Part shown: in pieces, positions 1 to 8,890 of the stretch | Position numbering within the stretch: position 1 is the first letter of the stretch | Layout: every line of letters starts with the position of its first letter | IMG/VR virus record: IMGVR_UViG_3300037808_001436 | Length of the DNA stretch: 64,000 nucleotides | Direction: 5' to 3' (one strand) | DNA from: an uncultured virus (IMG/VR IMGVR_UViG_3300037808_001436) | Taxonomy: Duplodnaviria; Heunggongvirae; Uroviricota; Caudoviricetes | Notes under the pieces: generated by a model | Told to the model about the DNA's origin: nothing | Databases searched by the model: none | What the model saw: the letters and a program-made list of their open reading frames with translations, nothing else | Program-made: the position numbers and the translations under genes

Positions 1-2
1 GT

Positions 3-335
3 GGAAAGAAATTTGACATATTTATCAAGCACCCAAAACATGAGCCCCGCCCAATTGAAATGGCATCAGGAGCAGAGAAATCTTTGGCTGCCATAGCCAT
101 TCGTTTGGCTCTACTGGGAGTGTCTTCACTACCTAAATCTGATCTTTTCGCCCTCGATGAACCAGGAACTGCTTTAGACGAGACAAATATGGAGGGCTTT
201 ATTAGGATCTTGGAACTAATTAAAGTGTATTTTAAGAACGTTTTGTTGATCTCGCACCTTGATTCGCTCAAAGACTGTGTTGATATGCAAATTGAGATAG
301 ATAAGAAAGACGGATACGCAAGAGTAAATCAATAG
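3..335 (+). CDS. SbcC/Rad50/T4 gp46-like recombination ATPase, C-terminal part (5' truncated by window edge)
   Basis: ABC signature-like ASGAEK, Walker B/D-loop ALDEPGTALD, H-loop LISH; frame open from position 3. Confidence 0.85.
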   Translation, partial: GKKFDIFIKHPKHEPRPIEMASGAEKSLAAIAIRLALLGVSSLPKSDLFALDEPGTALDETNMEGFIRILELIKVYFKNVLLISHLDSLKDCVDMQIEIDKKDGYARVNQ

Positions 336-391
336 GAGATTACAAAATGAAAGTAACCAAGAGACAACTAAAACAAATTATCAAGGAAGAG
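310..391 (+). repeat. 82-bp direct repeat, copy 1 (gp46-like 3' end + RBS + leader-peptide codons)
   Basis: Matches 793..874 at 79/82 nt by manual alignment. Confidence 0.95.
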
Positions 392-787
392 CTTGAGGCA
401 GCTCTTGACGAGCAATACGGCGCCGCCCCGCCGCGCTTCCTCAACCCGCAGCAAGCTAAGAAACAATTAGCAAAAGCAATATATATGACATTGAGAGACA
501 ATCGCGCGTACGACGCCGCTAGTGCAATGTCATTAGAAGGTCTTATTGGTGGTGGGAACAATTCCGCGGTAGTAAGATACCTTAAGGAATTTGGATTAGA
601 TGATAAAGGAATTAAAGCTGCGATGGATCAGCGCTCCGAGTATATACGCGGCGAGGGTGCCACCCGTCCTCCAGTGATACCGAGACCCACTGGAGATGAC
701 ACGGCGCCATCAGAATGGGAAGTGCTCAAATACGCCAAGACCGCCACCGGTGATCAAGGCGTTTATATGGAAAAGGCATCAGGATAG
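347..787 (+). CDS. Hypothetical protein with MKVTKRQLKQIIKEE leader (putative virion internal protein)
   Basis: AGGAG RBS; first 15 aa identical to those of 830..1375. Confidence 0.75.
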   Translation: MKVTKRQLKQIIKEELEAALDEQYGAAPPRFLNPQQAKKQLAKAIYMTLRDNRAYDAASAMSLEGLIGGGNNSAVVRYLKEFGLDDKGIKAAMDQRSEYIRGEGATRPPVIPRPTGDDTAPSEWEVLKYAKTATGDQGVYMEKASG

Positions 788-792
788 CATGA

Positions 793-874
793 ACGGATAC
801 GCAAGAGTAAATCAATAGGAGATTGCAAAATGAAAGTAACCAAGAGACAACTTAAACAGATTATCAAGGAAGAG
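793..874 (+). repeat. 82-bp direct repeat, copy 2
   Basis: Matches 310..391. Confidence 0.95.
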
Positions 875-1375
875 ATAGAAGCAACCTTATCGGAACAAGG
901 TGGCGGCGAAATGGCACAAGCAGAAGAGCTTGCTGCAGTATTTCAGAAAAGCCCTGCAATCATGGCAGCCGTCGAGCAAGCTGCACAAGATCCAAAGGTG
1001 CAAGCAGCCGCACAAGAGGCATTAGCACAAGGCGGAACCATGCAAGAGGATGAAGATCCAATGGGTACCGCATATCGAAAAAGAGCAGACAAAGCAGGAA
1101 TGGGCATAGCTGCCGGCGCCGGACTGACCACTTCTGGATTAGCCGCCACGTTCTCGCCCGCCATCCTCGCTGCTGTTGGCAACGCGGCCGCGGCAACTAG
1201 CGTGGCAGCGCTGGGGCTAACCGCTGGTCCCGCCTTACTGGCTGTTGGAATGTTACTCATTATGAAAGCGGGCTCAAGCCGTATCGACAACAACTACAAA
1301 GCAGACAACCCCAGCCAGCGGTCACGCTCAGACTTTTCTGATGAAGAGTATAAGAAGATGCATAACAGAGGATAA
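830..1375 (+). CDS. Hypothetical protein with MKVTKRQLKQIIKEE leader and Gly/Ala-rich hydrophobic segment
   Basis: AGGAG RBS; shared leader; hydrophobic stretch MGIAAGAG...VGMLLIM. Confidence 0.75.
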   Translation: MKVTKRQLKQIIKEEIEATLSEQGGGEMAQAEELAAVFQKSPAIMAAVEQAAQDPKVQAAAQEALAQGGTMQEDEDPMGTAYRKRADKAGMGIAAGAGLTTSGLAATFSPAILAAVGNAAAATSVAALGLTAGPALLAVGMLLIMKAGSSRIDNNYKADNPSQRSRSDFSDEEYKKMHNRG

Positions 1376-1378
1376 CCA

Positions 1379-2521
1379 ATGTCAGACGAAAACGACGATA
1401 AAAACGAATTTGATTTTCTGCCTCCCGCAGAACCACCTCCCGCGTTCGCGCAGGAAAAAGACAGCTATCACGAATCAGTAGACGCTGAAGACTTCGGTAT
1501 GGTAGAGGACTTCGGATTACAGATGGAATACTCTGATGAAGATTTACTCCCCGAGAACACCGCGCCTTCTTCGATTAACGTGGGCTTTGTTGGGGTTGGC
1601 GGTGGAGGCAACAAAATGGCGAATGCGTTTATTGAACTGGGTTTCAATAAGACGCTACTCGTAAACTCAACAGGAAAGGATATTCCCAAGAATGTTGAAG
1701 AGGACCACGTCGTTTTAATTCCCGATTCTGATGGAATCGGAAAGAATGTAGAATACGGAAAAGAGGTTTTAAGTCAAAATGGTGCGATTGTTGAAGATGC
1801 CCTGCGTATCAAACTCGGTAAAGTGGATTGGTTATTCGTCCTTGCTGGCGGTGGTGGTGGTACCGGTAGTTCTGTTACCGCTCTGCACCCTGTCTTTGAG
1901 CGTTACATGCGCTCTGTGCAGTCGAGTGGTAAGGTCGTTTACATAGTCTCTTGGCCAACAGCACAAGAAAACCTTAACCCCACAATCGCTCGTAATGCGT
2001 TGACACTGGCAAATGATGTTGCCCAGTATCCGCATATCGTTCTCGACAACGAACGAGCCACCCGCTTACTCCGCGGCAGAATTGGCATGCTCGGCATGTA
2101 TCCTGTCGCCAACACAACTTTTGCTAAGTCACTTGCCCAAGTGTTAAAACTCTCCACCGAGGATTCGCCGATCCAATCTTTCGATAGCAAGGATTTGGAA
2201 ACATGTCTGGGCAATGACGGTCGAGCCTTTCTAGGTTCAACTATGATAAAAGATCCAAATACAGCTAAGCTTGGATCGGTGATTCTTCACAACTGTATGA
2301 ATCGTTCTGCATGTCCTCCGCCTAAAGGTAAGGCCGCTGCAGGTTCGTTGGTGCTGGTTGTATCGGAAGAGATGGTGGCTGATCCAAAAATCAGTAAGAA
2401 TATTGAGTCCGCGATTGCTTATGTTGGCGGTCGATGCGAGACACTTTTCTCTGGCGTTTATGTGCGTAAAACGGTCCCGGGTTTAATAGCAATATTATCT
2501 ATGAACGGCTTAGACACTTGA
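1379..2521 (+). CDS. Tubulin/FtsZ-family GTPase (PhuZ/TubZ-like) with acidic N-terminal extension
   Basis: VGVGGGGNK, DGIGKN, tubulin signature GGGGGTGS, VLDNE. Confidence 0.88.
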   Translation: MSDENDDKNEFDFLPPAEPPPAFAQEKDSYHESVDAEDFGMVEDFGLQMEYSDEDLLPENTAPSSINVGFVGVGGGGNKMANAFIELGFNKTLLVNSTGKDIPKNVEEDHVVLIPDSDGIGKNVEYGKEVLSQNGAIVEDALRIKLGKVDWLFVLAGGGGGTGSSVTALHPVFERYMRSVQSSGKVVYIVSWPTAQENLNPTIARNALTLANDVAQYPHIVLDNERATRLLRGRIGMLGMYPVANTTFAKSLAQVLKLSTEDSPIQSFDSKDLETCLGNDGRAFLGSTMIKDPNTAKLGSVILHNCMNRSACPPPKGKAAAGSLVLVVSEEMVADPKISKNIESAIAYVGGRCETLFSGVYVRKTVPGLIAILSMNGLDT

Positions 2522-3174
2522 TGAAAACAAAGCAATGTAATAAATGTTTTGAAACAAAAACAGTGAATGCTTTCTCGAAGCGAAAAGATAGCAAAGATGG
2601 CTTTCGCAATGGATGTAAATCTTGTCGTCTTGTGAGAGATGAAAAGTATTTTTCTAAAAATTCTGATAAACTTGAAGAACGAAAAGTATATCAAAAACAA
2701 TATCGTGATTCTCACAAGCAAAGAACAAAAGAATACAATAAAATGTATAGAGAACAAAATATTGATACCGTAAGAGCAAAACAAAGAGAATATGCTAATG
2801 CGAACAAAACAAAAAGAAATAAATATCAGAGAGAAAGAAGACATTCTTCACCTACCCTTAGATTGAAGCAGAACATTTCAAGTGTTGTCAACAGAGCAAT
2901 CAAAAAAGTATCAAATGGAAATGCTATAAAAGGTGGTTCAACCTTTGAACATTTACCATATACTCCGCAACAACTTAAAGAACATATAGAAAACCAATTT
3001 GAAGATTGGATGAATTGGGATAATTGGGGCAAGTGGCATATCGATCATATAACCCCGCAATCCGCACTTTTATATGATAGTTTGAAACATCCCAATTTTC
3101 AGAAGTGCTGGGCTCTTGAAAATTTGTGTCCTTTAAGTGCGGAAGACAATATTTATAAGAGCAACAAGTATTGA
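2518..3174 (+). CDS. HNH homing endonuclease
   Basis: N-terminal CxxC...CxxC, basic helical linker, WHIDHITP...N...N HNH core; AT-rich relative to neighbours. Confidence 0.85.
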   Translation: MMKTKQCNKCFETKTVNAFSKRKDSKDGFRNGCKSCRLVRDEKYFSKNSDKLEERKVYQKQYRDSHKQRTKEYNKMYREQNIDTVRAKQREYANANKTKRNKYQRERRHSSPTLRLKQNISSVVNRAIKKVSNGNAIKGGSTFEHLPYTPQQLKEHIENQFEDWMNWDNWGKWHIDHITPQSALLYDSLKHPNFQKCWALENLCPLSAEDNIYKSNKY

Positions 3175-3209
3175 TTGCGATACTAAGTATGAATGGATTA
3201 GCGACATAG
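3171..3209 (+). pseudogene. Displaced duplicate of tubulin gene 3' end (LIAILSMNGLAT*)
   Basis: Translates to 11/12 identity with tubulin C-terminus LIAILSMNGLDT* (2483..2521). Confidence 0.85.
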
Positions 3210-3218
3210 GAGATAATC

Positions 3219-3659
3219 ATGGCTATAAGAAAAAACACAAAAAGAATTGACCCTCGTTACTTTATGGATGAGAAGACAGATGTTGTTAAAGAGGGCGCCG
3301 ATTCATCCGGGCACATAGATGCGTGGCTTATAAGACTAGTCGCTGACCTTGGACCTGATGCCTTTAAATTTGATCCAAGCAAACCACCACCGGACCATCC
3401 ATGGGGAAAGCGCGACGGCGTGGGCCCGTATGAAATTTGGCAAGAACGACAAGAGAAAGTAGCCGCAGCAATCGAAGCAATCAACAGCGGAAAATATACT
3501 GCGCAACAACTTCAAGATGCCACCAAAATGGCTAATCCCAGAACCCCCCCGGCTTGGCTAACCTTGGCAACCATGGTTGCTCAACGACCGGAACCCCTCA
3601 CGACCATGGGTAAGGTAAAAGGAATGTTTGGTTTAGAAGAGCTTAAAGGAAAACAATAA
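3219..3659 (+). CDS. Hypothetical protein
   Basis: AGGAG RBS, 146-aa ORF in operon orientation. Confidence 0.65.
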   Translation: MAIRKNTKRIDPRYFMDEKTDVVKEGADSSGHIDAWLIRLVADLGPDAFKFDPSKPPPDHPWGKRDGVGPYEIWQERQEKVAAAIEAINSGKYTAQQLQDATKMANPRTPPAWLTLATMVAQRPEPLTTMGKVKGMFGLEELKGKQ

Positions 3660-3660
3660 A

Positions 3661-3948
3661 ATGAGTTTATGGAATACAATAACAGGATGGATAAGTGGCA
3701 ATACAACCACCACCACAGCTACAGTTACGGCTGTTGTCGTGGAGGAAGAAGAAGGATGCTGTGGAGAGATCTTTCTGAATATATTACGCACAGCTGGCAT
3801 TTCAAAATATGTTAGGAAGGTTAATGGCTTAGAACTTTTTGAAGAATGGTATACCGGCCCATGCAATGAAGAGAGCATTCGCGCCGCCATCCCTGATTTC
3901 AAAGCTGCCCACCCCGCAGTTTCACCTAAAATGGCAGGAAAACTCTGA
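3661..3948 (+). CDS. Hypothetical protein
   Basis: ORF tightly packed between neighbours. Confidence 0.6.
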   Translation: MSLWNTITGWISGNTTTTTATVTAVVVEEEEGCCGEIFLNILRTAGISKYVRKVNGLELFEEWYTGPCNEESIRAAIPDFKAAHPAVSPKMAGKL

Positions 3949-4632
3949 ATGAAGTTCACTAAGTCCCAGTTTAAGCAGATAATCAAAGAAGAGATGGGGA
4001 CTCTAGTGCCTGAATCGGATGTTTCAGAAGAAGCCCTCTTTTCGATCAATTCCGCGCTTAATGACGGCGACATTGTATTTGCCGAAAAACTTGCCGGCCA
4101 GAATCCCGATGCTATAGCTGTGATAGACCACTGGAAAGAAAAAGCCCGGGCAGCTGCGGAAGCCGAACGTGAAGCACCGCCAACACCGGAAGACAAACTT
4201 CCAGAACCTTATTATGCAATACCACCGCGCTCCGGACCACCCCCGGGCAATGTGAGTGAACAAGAACTCAAGCGGTTTATCAATGAAGAGATTGATTTTA
4301 TAATGAAAGAAGGGATCTTAGATGCAGCTAAGGGTAAACTTGGCATGACCCCCAAGCCAGGTGCAGTGGAAACCCCCGATGACTCAAAACTTAACCGTAA
4401 GACCATGGCCAAAGGCCAATCCGTAGCCGGCGCCAAGGGCGCCCTCGCGGGCGATAGCGACGAGCTATCCAATCCCGAGCGAGGAATAATTCAGCAGCTC
4501 ATTGAATTTTTGTTGAAGATAGCACAGACACCAGGAGTAGAATTTCAACTGAAAAGGCCCATTATCCAGAAAGTTATGAAAATTTTGCAAACACGAATCA
4601 TGCAAGGCGTTGAGGTAAATAATGATGGCTAA
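3949..4632 (+). CDS. Hypothetical protein with MKFTKSQFKQIIKEE leader and internal second copy (VSEQELKRFINEEI)
   Basis: Motif similarity to 347 and 830 ORFs. Confidence 0.7.
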   Translation: MKFTKSQFKQIIKEEMGTLVPESDVSEEALFSINSALNDGDIVFAEKLAGQNPDAIAVIDHWKEKARAAAEAEREAPPTPEDKLPEPYYAIPPRSGPPPGNVSEQELKRFINEEIDFIMKEGILDAAKGKLGMTPKPGAVETPDDSKLNRKTMAKGQSVAGAKGALAGDSDELSNPERGIIQQLIEFLLKIAQTPGVEFQLKRPIIQKVMKILQTRIMQGVEVNNDG

Positions 4633-4822
4633 AGCTCAGGCGTTTGTAGACACGTGGTTAGCTAAACTAACATCACGCAAACTGATGGTATGGCTTACCG
4701 CCACCGCGCTCACCTTAACAGATCATGTTACGAGCGAAGACTGGGTAATTATTTCTGCAATCTATATTGGTGGTCAAACAGTAATCGATGGCATCGCGAG
4801 ACTAAAAGGATATAATGATTAA
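4622..4822 (+). CDS. Small membrane protein, holin-like
   Basis: 66 aa, two hydrophobic segments, SRKL motif, charged C-terminus; GAGG RBS. Confidence 0.45.
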   Translation: MMAKAQAFVDTWLAKLTSRKLMVWLTATALTLTDHVTSEDWVIISAIYIGGQTVIDGIARLKGYND

Positions 4823-5198
4823 GAAGAAAATATTAGAAGTTGTTATCAAGAACTGGAAAGCAATACTCATAGTGTTGCTTTTTCTTGTTATAGCGATGAA
4901 AAGCCGCTATGACTATCAACTAATGCAGACAGCGTATGAGACACAAACAGACTCCCACAAGGCGCAGATAGAGGGATTGAAAGAGATCCATAAACAAGAG
5001 ATTCAAGAAAAGCAAAGACTAATGGAAAATCACTTAGAATCAATTGCTGCAATTGAAGAAGAATATGAAGATACTCTCCAGCAACTTGAAAAGACCCGAG
5101 AGAAAAAGAATAACGAATATAAAAGAAAATTCAGACATGATAAGAAAACACTAATTAAAGATATAGAAACTAAATTTGGTATTGAATATGCTCCTTAA
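4815..5198 (+). CDS. N-terminal TM + coiled-coil protein (i-spanin-like)
   Basis: AILIVLLFLVIAM followed by charged heptad-like region. Confidence 0.4.
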   Translation: MIKKKILEVVIKNWKAILIVLLFLVIAMKSRYDYQLMQTAYETQTDSHKAQIEGLKEIHKQEIQEKQRLMENHLESIAAIEEEYEDTLQQLEKTREKKNNEYKRKFRHDKKTLIKDIETKFGIEYAP

Positions 5199-5610
5199 AT
5201 TTCTCCTGATATTGAGCCTCTCAGCAAATGCAACTGAGTCTGCCAAATTTACCATACTAGAATATAAAGCTTCCGCCCCATTCGCTGGCATCTTATTTGA
5301 TGAGCAAGCCATGGCAAAAATGCTAGCAAACTATGATATTGCAAAGTACTCATGTGAAACACAAGCAGATTACCAACTTAAGATTCAAAAAGAAGAATAC
5401 GAGTTCAAGTTAGAAAATCTAAGAATCGAACATAAGTCCTTAACAAATGAATACGATTTGTTTATAATGCAGAAGGATAAAGAAATCAATATACTTGTTG
5501 ACTCTTTAAAGAAGACATCACCTCGTTACCGATTGTTATGGTTCACCGGTGGAGTTGTTGTTGGTTCTGCCACCACCTACGGAGCGTACAAAGCACTCAA
5601 TGGAAGATAA
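5188..5610 (+). CDS. Exported coiled-coil protein with C-terminal hydrophobic segment
   Basis: Signal peptide MLLKFLLILSLSANA; C-terminal LLWFTGGVVVG; ATG at 5188 preferred over 5176. Confidence 0.5.
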   Translation: MLLKFLLILSLSANATESAKFTILEYKASAPFAGILFDEQAMAKMLANYDIAKYSCETQADYQLKIQKEEYEFKLENLRIEHKSLTNEYDLFIMQKDKEINILVDSLKKTSPRYRLLWFTGGVVVGSATTYGAYKALNGR

Positions 5611-5983
5611 AGATCTAAATAGGATTGCCGCTGTTGAGAAAGCAATCGCTGAAAAGTATGGCCCAGAAGCGGTGACGAACCCAAGAGCAAATTGGAATGA
5701 GGCTAAAGAAAAAGAACATCAGCAGCAGATGAAAGAGTTTTATAAAAAAACAAAGAAAAATGAAGAGTATCAAGAGAAAATAGATATTAATGGCATAAAG
5801 GTTACAAAAAAACTACTTAATAGAGAATCTCTAAGATATTGTTCTGTCTGCGGATCTATTCCAAAGAAATCAATGGATGATGTTTGTCTCACAAAATTTG
5901 AATGTTGTCACGAGTGTCACGTCAAATATGTTGAGGGTAGAGAAGAAAGATGGCAAAAAGGATGGAGACCAAAAAATGGCTAA
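5600..5983 (+). CDS. Hypothetical protein with Cys-rich putative Zn-binding C-terminus
   Basis: CSVC...C...CCHEC; ATG at 5600 overlaps upstream gene end. Confidence 0.6.
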   Translation: MEDKDLNRIAAVEKAIAEKYGPEAVTNPRANWNEAKEKEHQQQMKEFYKKTKKNEEYQEKIDINGIKVTKKLLNRESLRYCSVCGSIPKKSMDDVCLTKFECCHECHVKYVEGREERWQKGWRPKNG

Positions 5984-6539
5984 AAAGAAAGAAAAGACAC
6001 CAGTATATGAAATAATCCAGGGACTATCCCAAGCCGCCGCAAATGCATACGATGGCGCGCTAAAGGAAGACGGCGAAGCTGTCAAAGTAGGTCTCCAGCG
6101 TGAAGAGGGACACCCACTTATAGATAAAAGAGTGATGGATGGATTCAATGTAAAATTTTATGGAAACATGATGTGTTTAACGTATCATTCAGAGGTGCAA
6201 CTTAGAGAAGTATACACTAATGGGTTTGAAGGAGAAATTGATCAGCGAATCTCTGATATCTCAAAATGGCTCAAAAAAGAATACCGCACGCTAACCGGAA
6301 AATCAGTAACCCTCACAGAAGATGGGGCGTTCGATATCTGGGTTGAGAACTCTTCTCGTGTTCGCTCTTGGGTGACTGCCAAGAAACATTACAAAGTTGG
6401 CGGATTAGACGCAGCGCTGCAGATTGCTGAAGAATCAGAAGGTACACTTGACAAGGACTGGAAATCCTTCCTTGAACTAGGCGGCTGGCAAGGTAAGCGC
6501 CCCAAAAACGATACCCGCCCCAAGAATTCTGAGAAATAG
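5976..6539 (+). CDS. Hypothetical phage protein
   Basis: GGAG RBS before ATG 5976 (MAKKKEK...). Confidence 0.65.
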   Translation: MAKKKEKTPVYEIIQGLSQAAANAYDGALKEDGEAVKVGLQREEGHPLIDKRVMDGFNVKFYGNMMCLTYHSEVQLREVYTNGFEGEIDQRISDISKWLKKEYRTLTGKSVTLTEDGAFDIWVENSSRVRSWVTAKKHYKVGGLDAALQIAEESEGTLDKDWKSFLELGGWQGKRPKNDTRPKNSEK

Positions 6540-6540
6540 A

Positions 6541-7299
6541 ATGAAGATCACCAAAAATAATCTTTATCGAATTATTCTTGAAGAGTACGCCAAAGAAGAG
6601 GGTCTTCAAATCAGTGAGAGCAAGGTTGATGATTTAATCGCCCACATTAAGGGCGGCCCTCGACCCGACTGGATGGGTGCTGATGGGCGCAAAATACCAC
6701 CTCCACCGGACGTTCCCAAACCAGAAGAGAGAGATGATAGTGACACATATCCGATGGATATCCCACATGACGCCAGCCCAGAGAGCGAATATAGTGGCTT
6801 CCAGAATGACTCTGGGCCAGATCTTGAGGATCGGTTAGCTGCTTTAATCATAGGCATGCCCCCAGAAGAAGTAGCTGACTTGTTTCAGGCAGTCTTTGAG
6901 AAGATTCCCGGAGTTGAGATGGGTGATACCGAAGAAGAAGAACTCGGCACGCAGTACGGTGGCAAGGAATTCGACCGCCGAAAGAGCCAAGGACAGAAAG
7001 CCGGCTTCGAGCTTCAAGAATTGATGTCGCTCATTAAAGAAGTGATGAACGAGGATGAGTGGTTTGATATTACCGCCGGCGATCTCCCGCCAGCACATAG
7101 CACCCAAACCGAGCCATCCAACAAAGAAAAGTTAGAACAAGTCTATCAGTTACTTGGTGACGCTGTGGATGAATATTCGCCAGATACTCATGAGTATTCA
7201 GTATTAAAAAGCGCCTTGGATGGCATCACTAACATATTAGATGGGTTGGACACAGGAGACAATATGGCTCGCGCAGATGAAAATTTGACTGATGTATGA
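6541..7299 (+). CDS. Acidic hypothetical protein with MKITKNNLYRIILEE leader
   Basis: Leader resembles 347/830/3949; internal LMSLIKEVMNE. Confidence 0.7.
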   Translation: MKITKNNLYRIILEEYAKEEGLQISESKVDDLIAHIKGGPRPDWMGADGRKIPPPPDVPKPEERDDSDTYPMDIPHDASPESEYSGFQNDSGPDLEDRLAALIIGMPPEEVADLFQAVFEKIPGVEMGDTEEEELGTQYGGKEFDRRKSQGQKAGFELQELMSLIKEVMNEDEWFDITAGDLPPAHSTQTEPSNKEKLEQVYQLLGDAVDEYSPDTHEYSVLKSALDGITNILDGLDTGDNMARADENLTDV

Positions 7300-8882
7300 C
7301 ATTCAAGTTAGACAAAAAACAAAGAGTCAAAGAAATACTCAGATGCGGTAAAAACCCTTCGTATTTTCTAAAGACTTACGCACGAATATCACACCCGTTA
7401 CACGGGTTAATTTTGTTTGACACATACGACTTCCAAGATGAGCTTCTAAAAGACTTTAATGACTATCGCTTTAATGTCATCTTAAAAGCACGCCAGTTAG
7501 GAATATCAACCATCAGCGCTGGCTATATTGTTTGGATGATGCTGTTCCATCGCGATAAAGCTATTCTTGTCATGGCAACTAAGTTCGCGACAGCAGGGAA
7601 CTTAGTAAAGAAAGTCAAGAATATTATGCGCAACTTGCCGGAATGGCTAAAGATAGCGACTATCAGTGTTGACAACAGGACATCATTTGAATTATCAAAT
7701 GGCTCTTCTATCAAAGCAGCATCCACTTCCGGTGACGCCGGCCGCTCTGAAGCACTATCTCTCTTGGTCCTTGACGAGGCTGCCCACATCGATGGTTTAG
7801 AAGAATTATGGACCGGTCTATATCCCACGCTATCAACCGGTGGTCGGTGCATCGCGCTGTCTACACCCAATGGTGTTGGAAACTGGTTCCATAAAACGTG
7901 CACAGATTCTGAAGCTGCAGCTAACAACTTTCATTTAACAACACTATCTTGGGACGTCCACCCAGATAGAGACGATGCCTGGTTTAAAAAAGAAACCAAG
8001 AACATGTCAAAAAGACAGATCGCCCAAGAACTTGAATGTAATTTCAATACATCTGGCGAAACAGTTATTGATTCTGATGAAATGAACTGGTTATTGTCGA
8101 TGGTATGTGAGCCAAAACATAGAACCGGCTTTGATCGCAACTTTTGGCTTTGGGAAGAATATGATCCAACTTGCAATTATCTTATGGTGGCAGACGTATC
8201 CAGAGGCGATGGCGCTGACTTCTCCACATTTCACATTCTAAAACTTGAAACGTTGCAAGTCATTGGAGAATATCAAGGAAAGCCAACGCTTGATATGTAT
8301 GCCAACATGCTTAATAGTGTCGGCCGCGAGTTTGGAACTGCAATGGTTGTAGTCGAGAATAACAATATTGGATACTCGGTATTAGAAAAATTAATAAATG
8401 AATATCAATATCCAAATGTTTATCACTCAATTAAGTCAACACACGAGTATGTTGAACAACATCAAGCCGAATATATGAATAGCGCCGTGCCCGGCTTTAC
8501 CACTTCCATGAAAACAAGACCGCTTATCATAGCAAAATTAGAGGAGTTTATCAGAAATAAACTAATTAAAGTATATTCTTCTCGTTTAACCAACGAGATG
8601 AAGACTTTTATTTGGAAAAACGGAAGGCCACAAGCAATGAAAGGTTATAACGATGATTTAATAATGGCTCTTGCAATCGCATGTTGGGTTAGAGACACAG
8701 CCTTACAAGTAAATGCAAGAGATTTAAATTATCAAAAAGCCTTCGTAGACGCCATCATAACTTCTAGAACCACGTTCGACACAAAAATAAAGGGACAGTT
8801 AGGCTACAAAAAAGACAACGCTCTTGATAGTATGATAGAAGCAGAAAACATATATAATGAATATATGTGGATTATAAAGTGA
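7296..8882 (+). CDS. Terminase large subunit (T4 gp17-like)
   Basis: LKARQLGIST Walker A, LLVLDEAAH Walker B, STPNG, nuclease motifs ADVSRGDGADFS and NDDLIMA. Confidence 0.95.
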   Translation: MTFKLDKKQRVKEILRCGKNPSYFLKTYARISHPLHGLILFDTYDFQDELLKDFNDYRFNVILKARQLGISTISAGYIVWMMLFHRDKAILVMATKFATAGNLVKKVKNIMRNLPEWLKIATISVDNRTSFELSNGSSIKAASTSGDAGRSEALSLLVLDEAAHIDGLEELWTGLYPTLSTGGRCIALSTPNGVGNWFHKTCTDSEAAANNFHLTTLSWDVHPDRDDAWFKKETKNMSKRQIAQELECNFNTSGETVIDSDEMNWLLSMVCEPKHRTGFDRNFWLWEEYDPTCNYLMVADVSRGDGADFSTFHILKLETLQVIGEYQGKPTLDMYANMLNSVGREFGTAMVVVENNNIGYSVLEKLINEYQYPNVYHSIKSTHEYVEQHQAEYMNSAVPGFTTSMKTRPLIIAKLEEFIRNKLIKVYSSRLTNEMKTFIWKNGRPQAMKGYNDDLIMALAIACWVRDTALQVNARDLNYQKAFVDAIITSRTTFDTKIKGQLGYKKDNALDSMIEAENIYNEYMWIIK

Positions 8883-8890
8883 GAAGATAA

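Noticed and set aside
1379..2521. Cellular ftsZ / bacterial chromosome origin of the window
   Set aside because: Surrounded by terminase, portal, capsid and tail genes with no cell-division cluster; divergent from FtsZ and lacks its C-terminal peptide.
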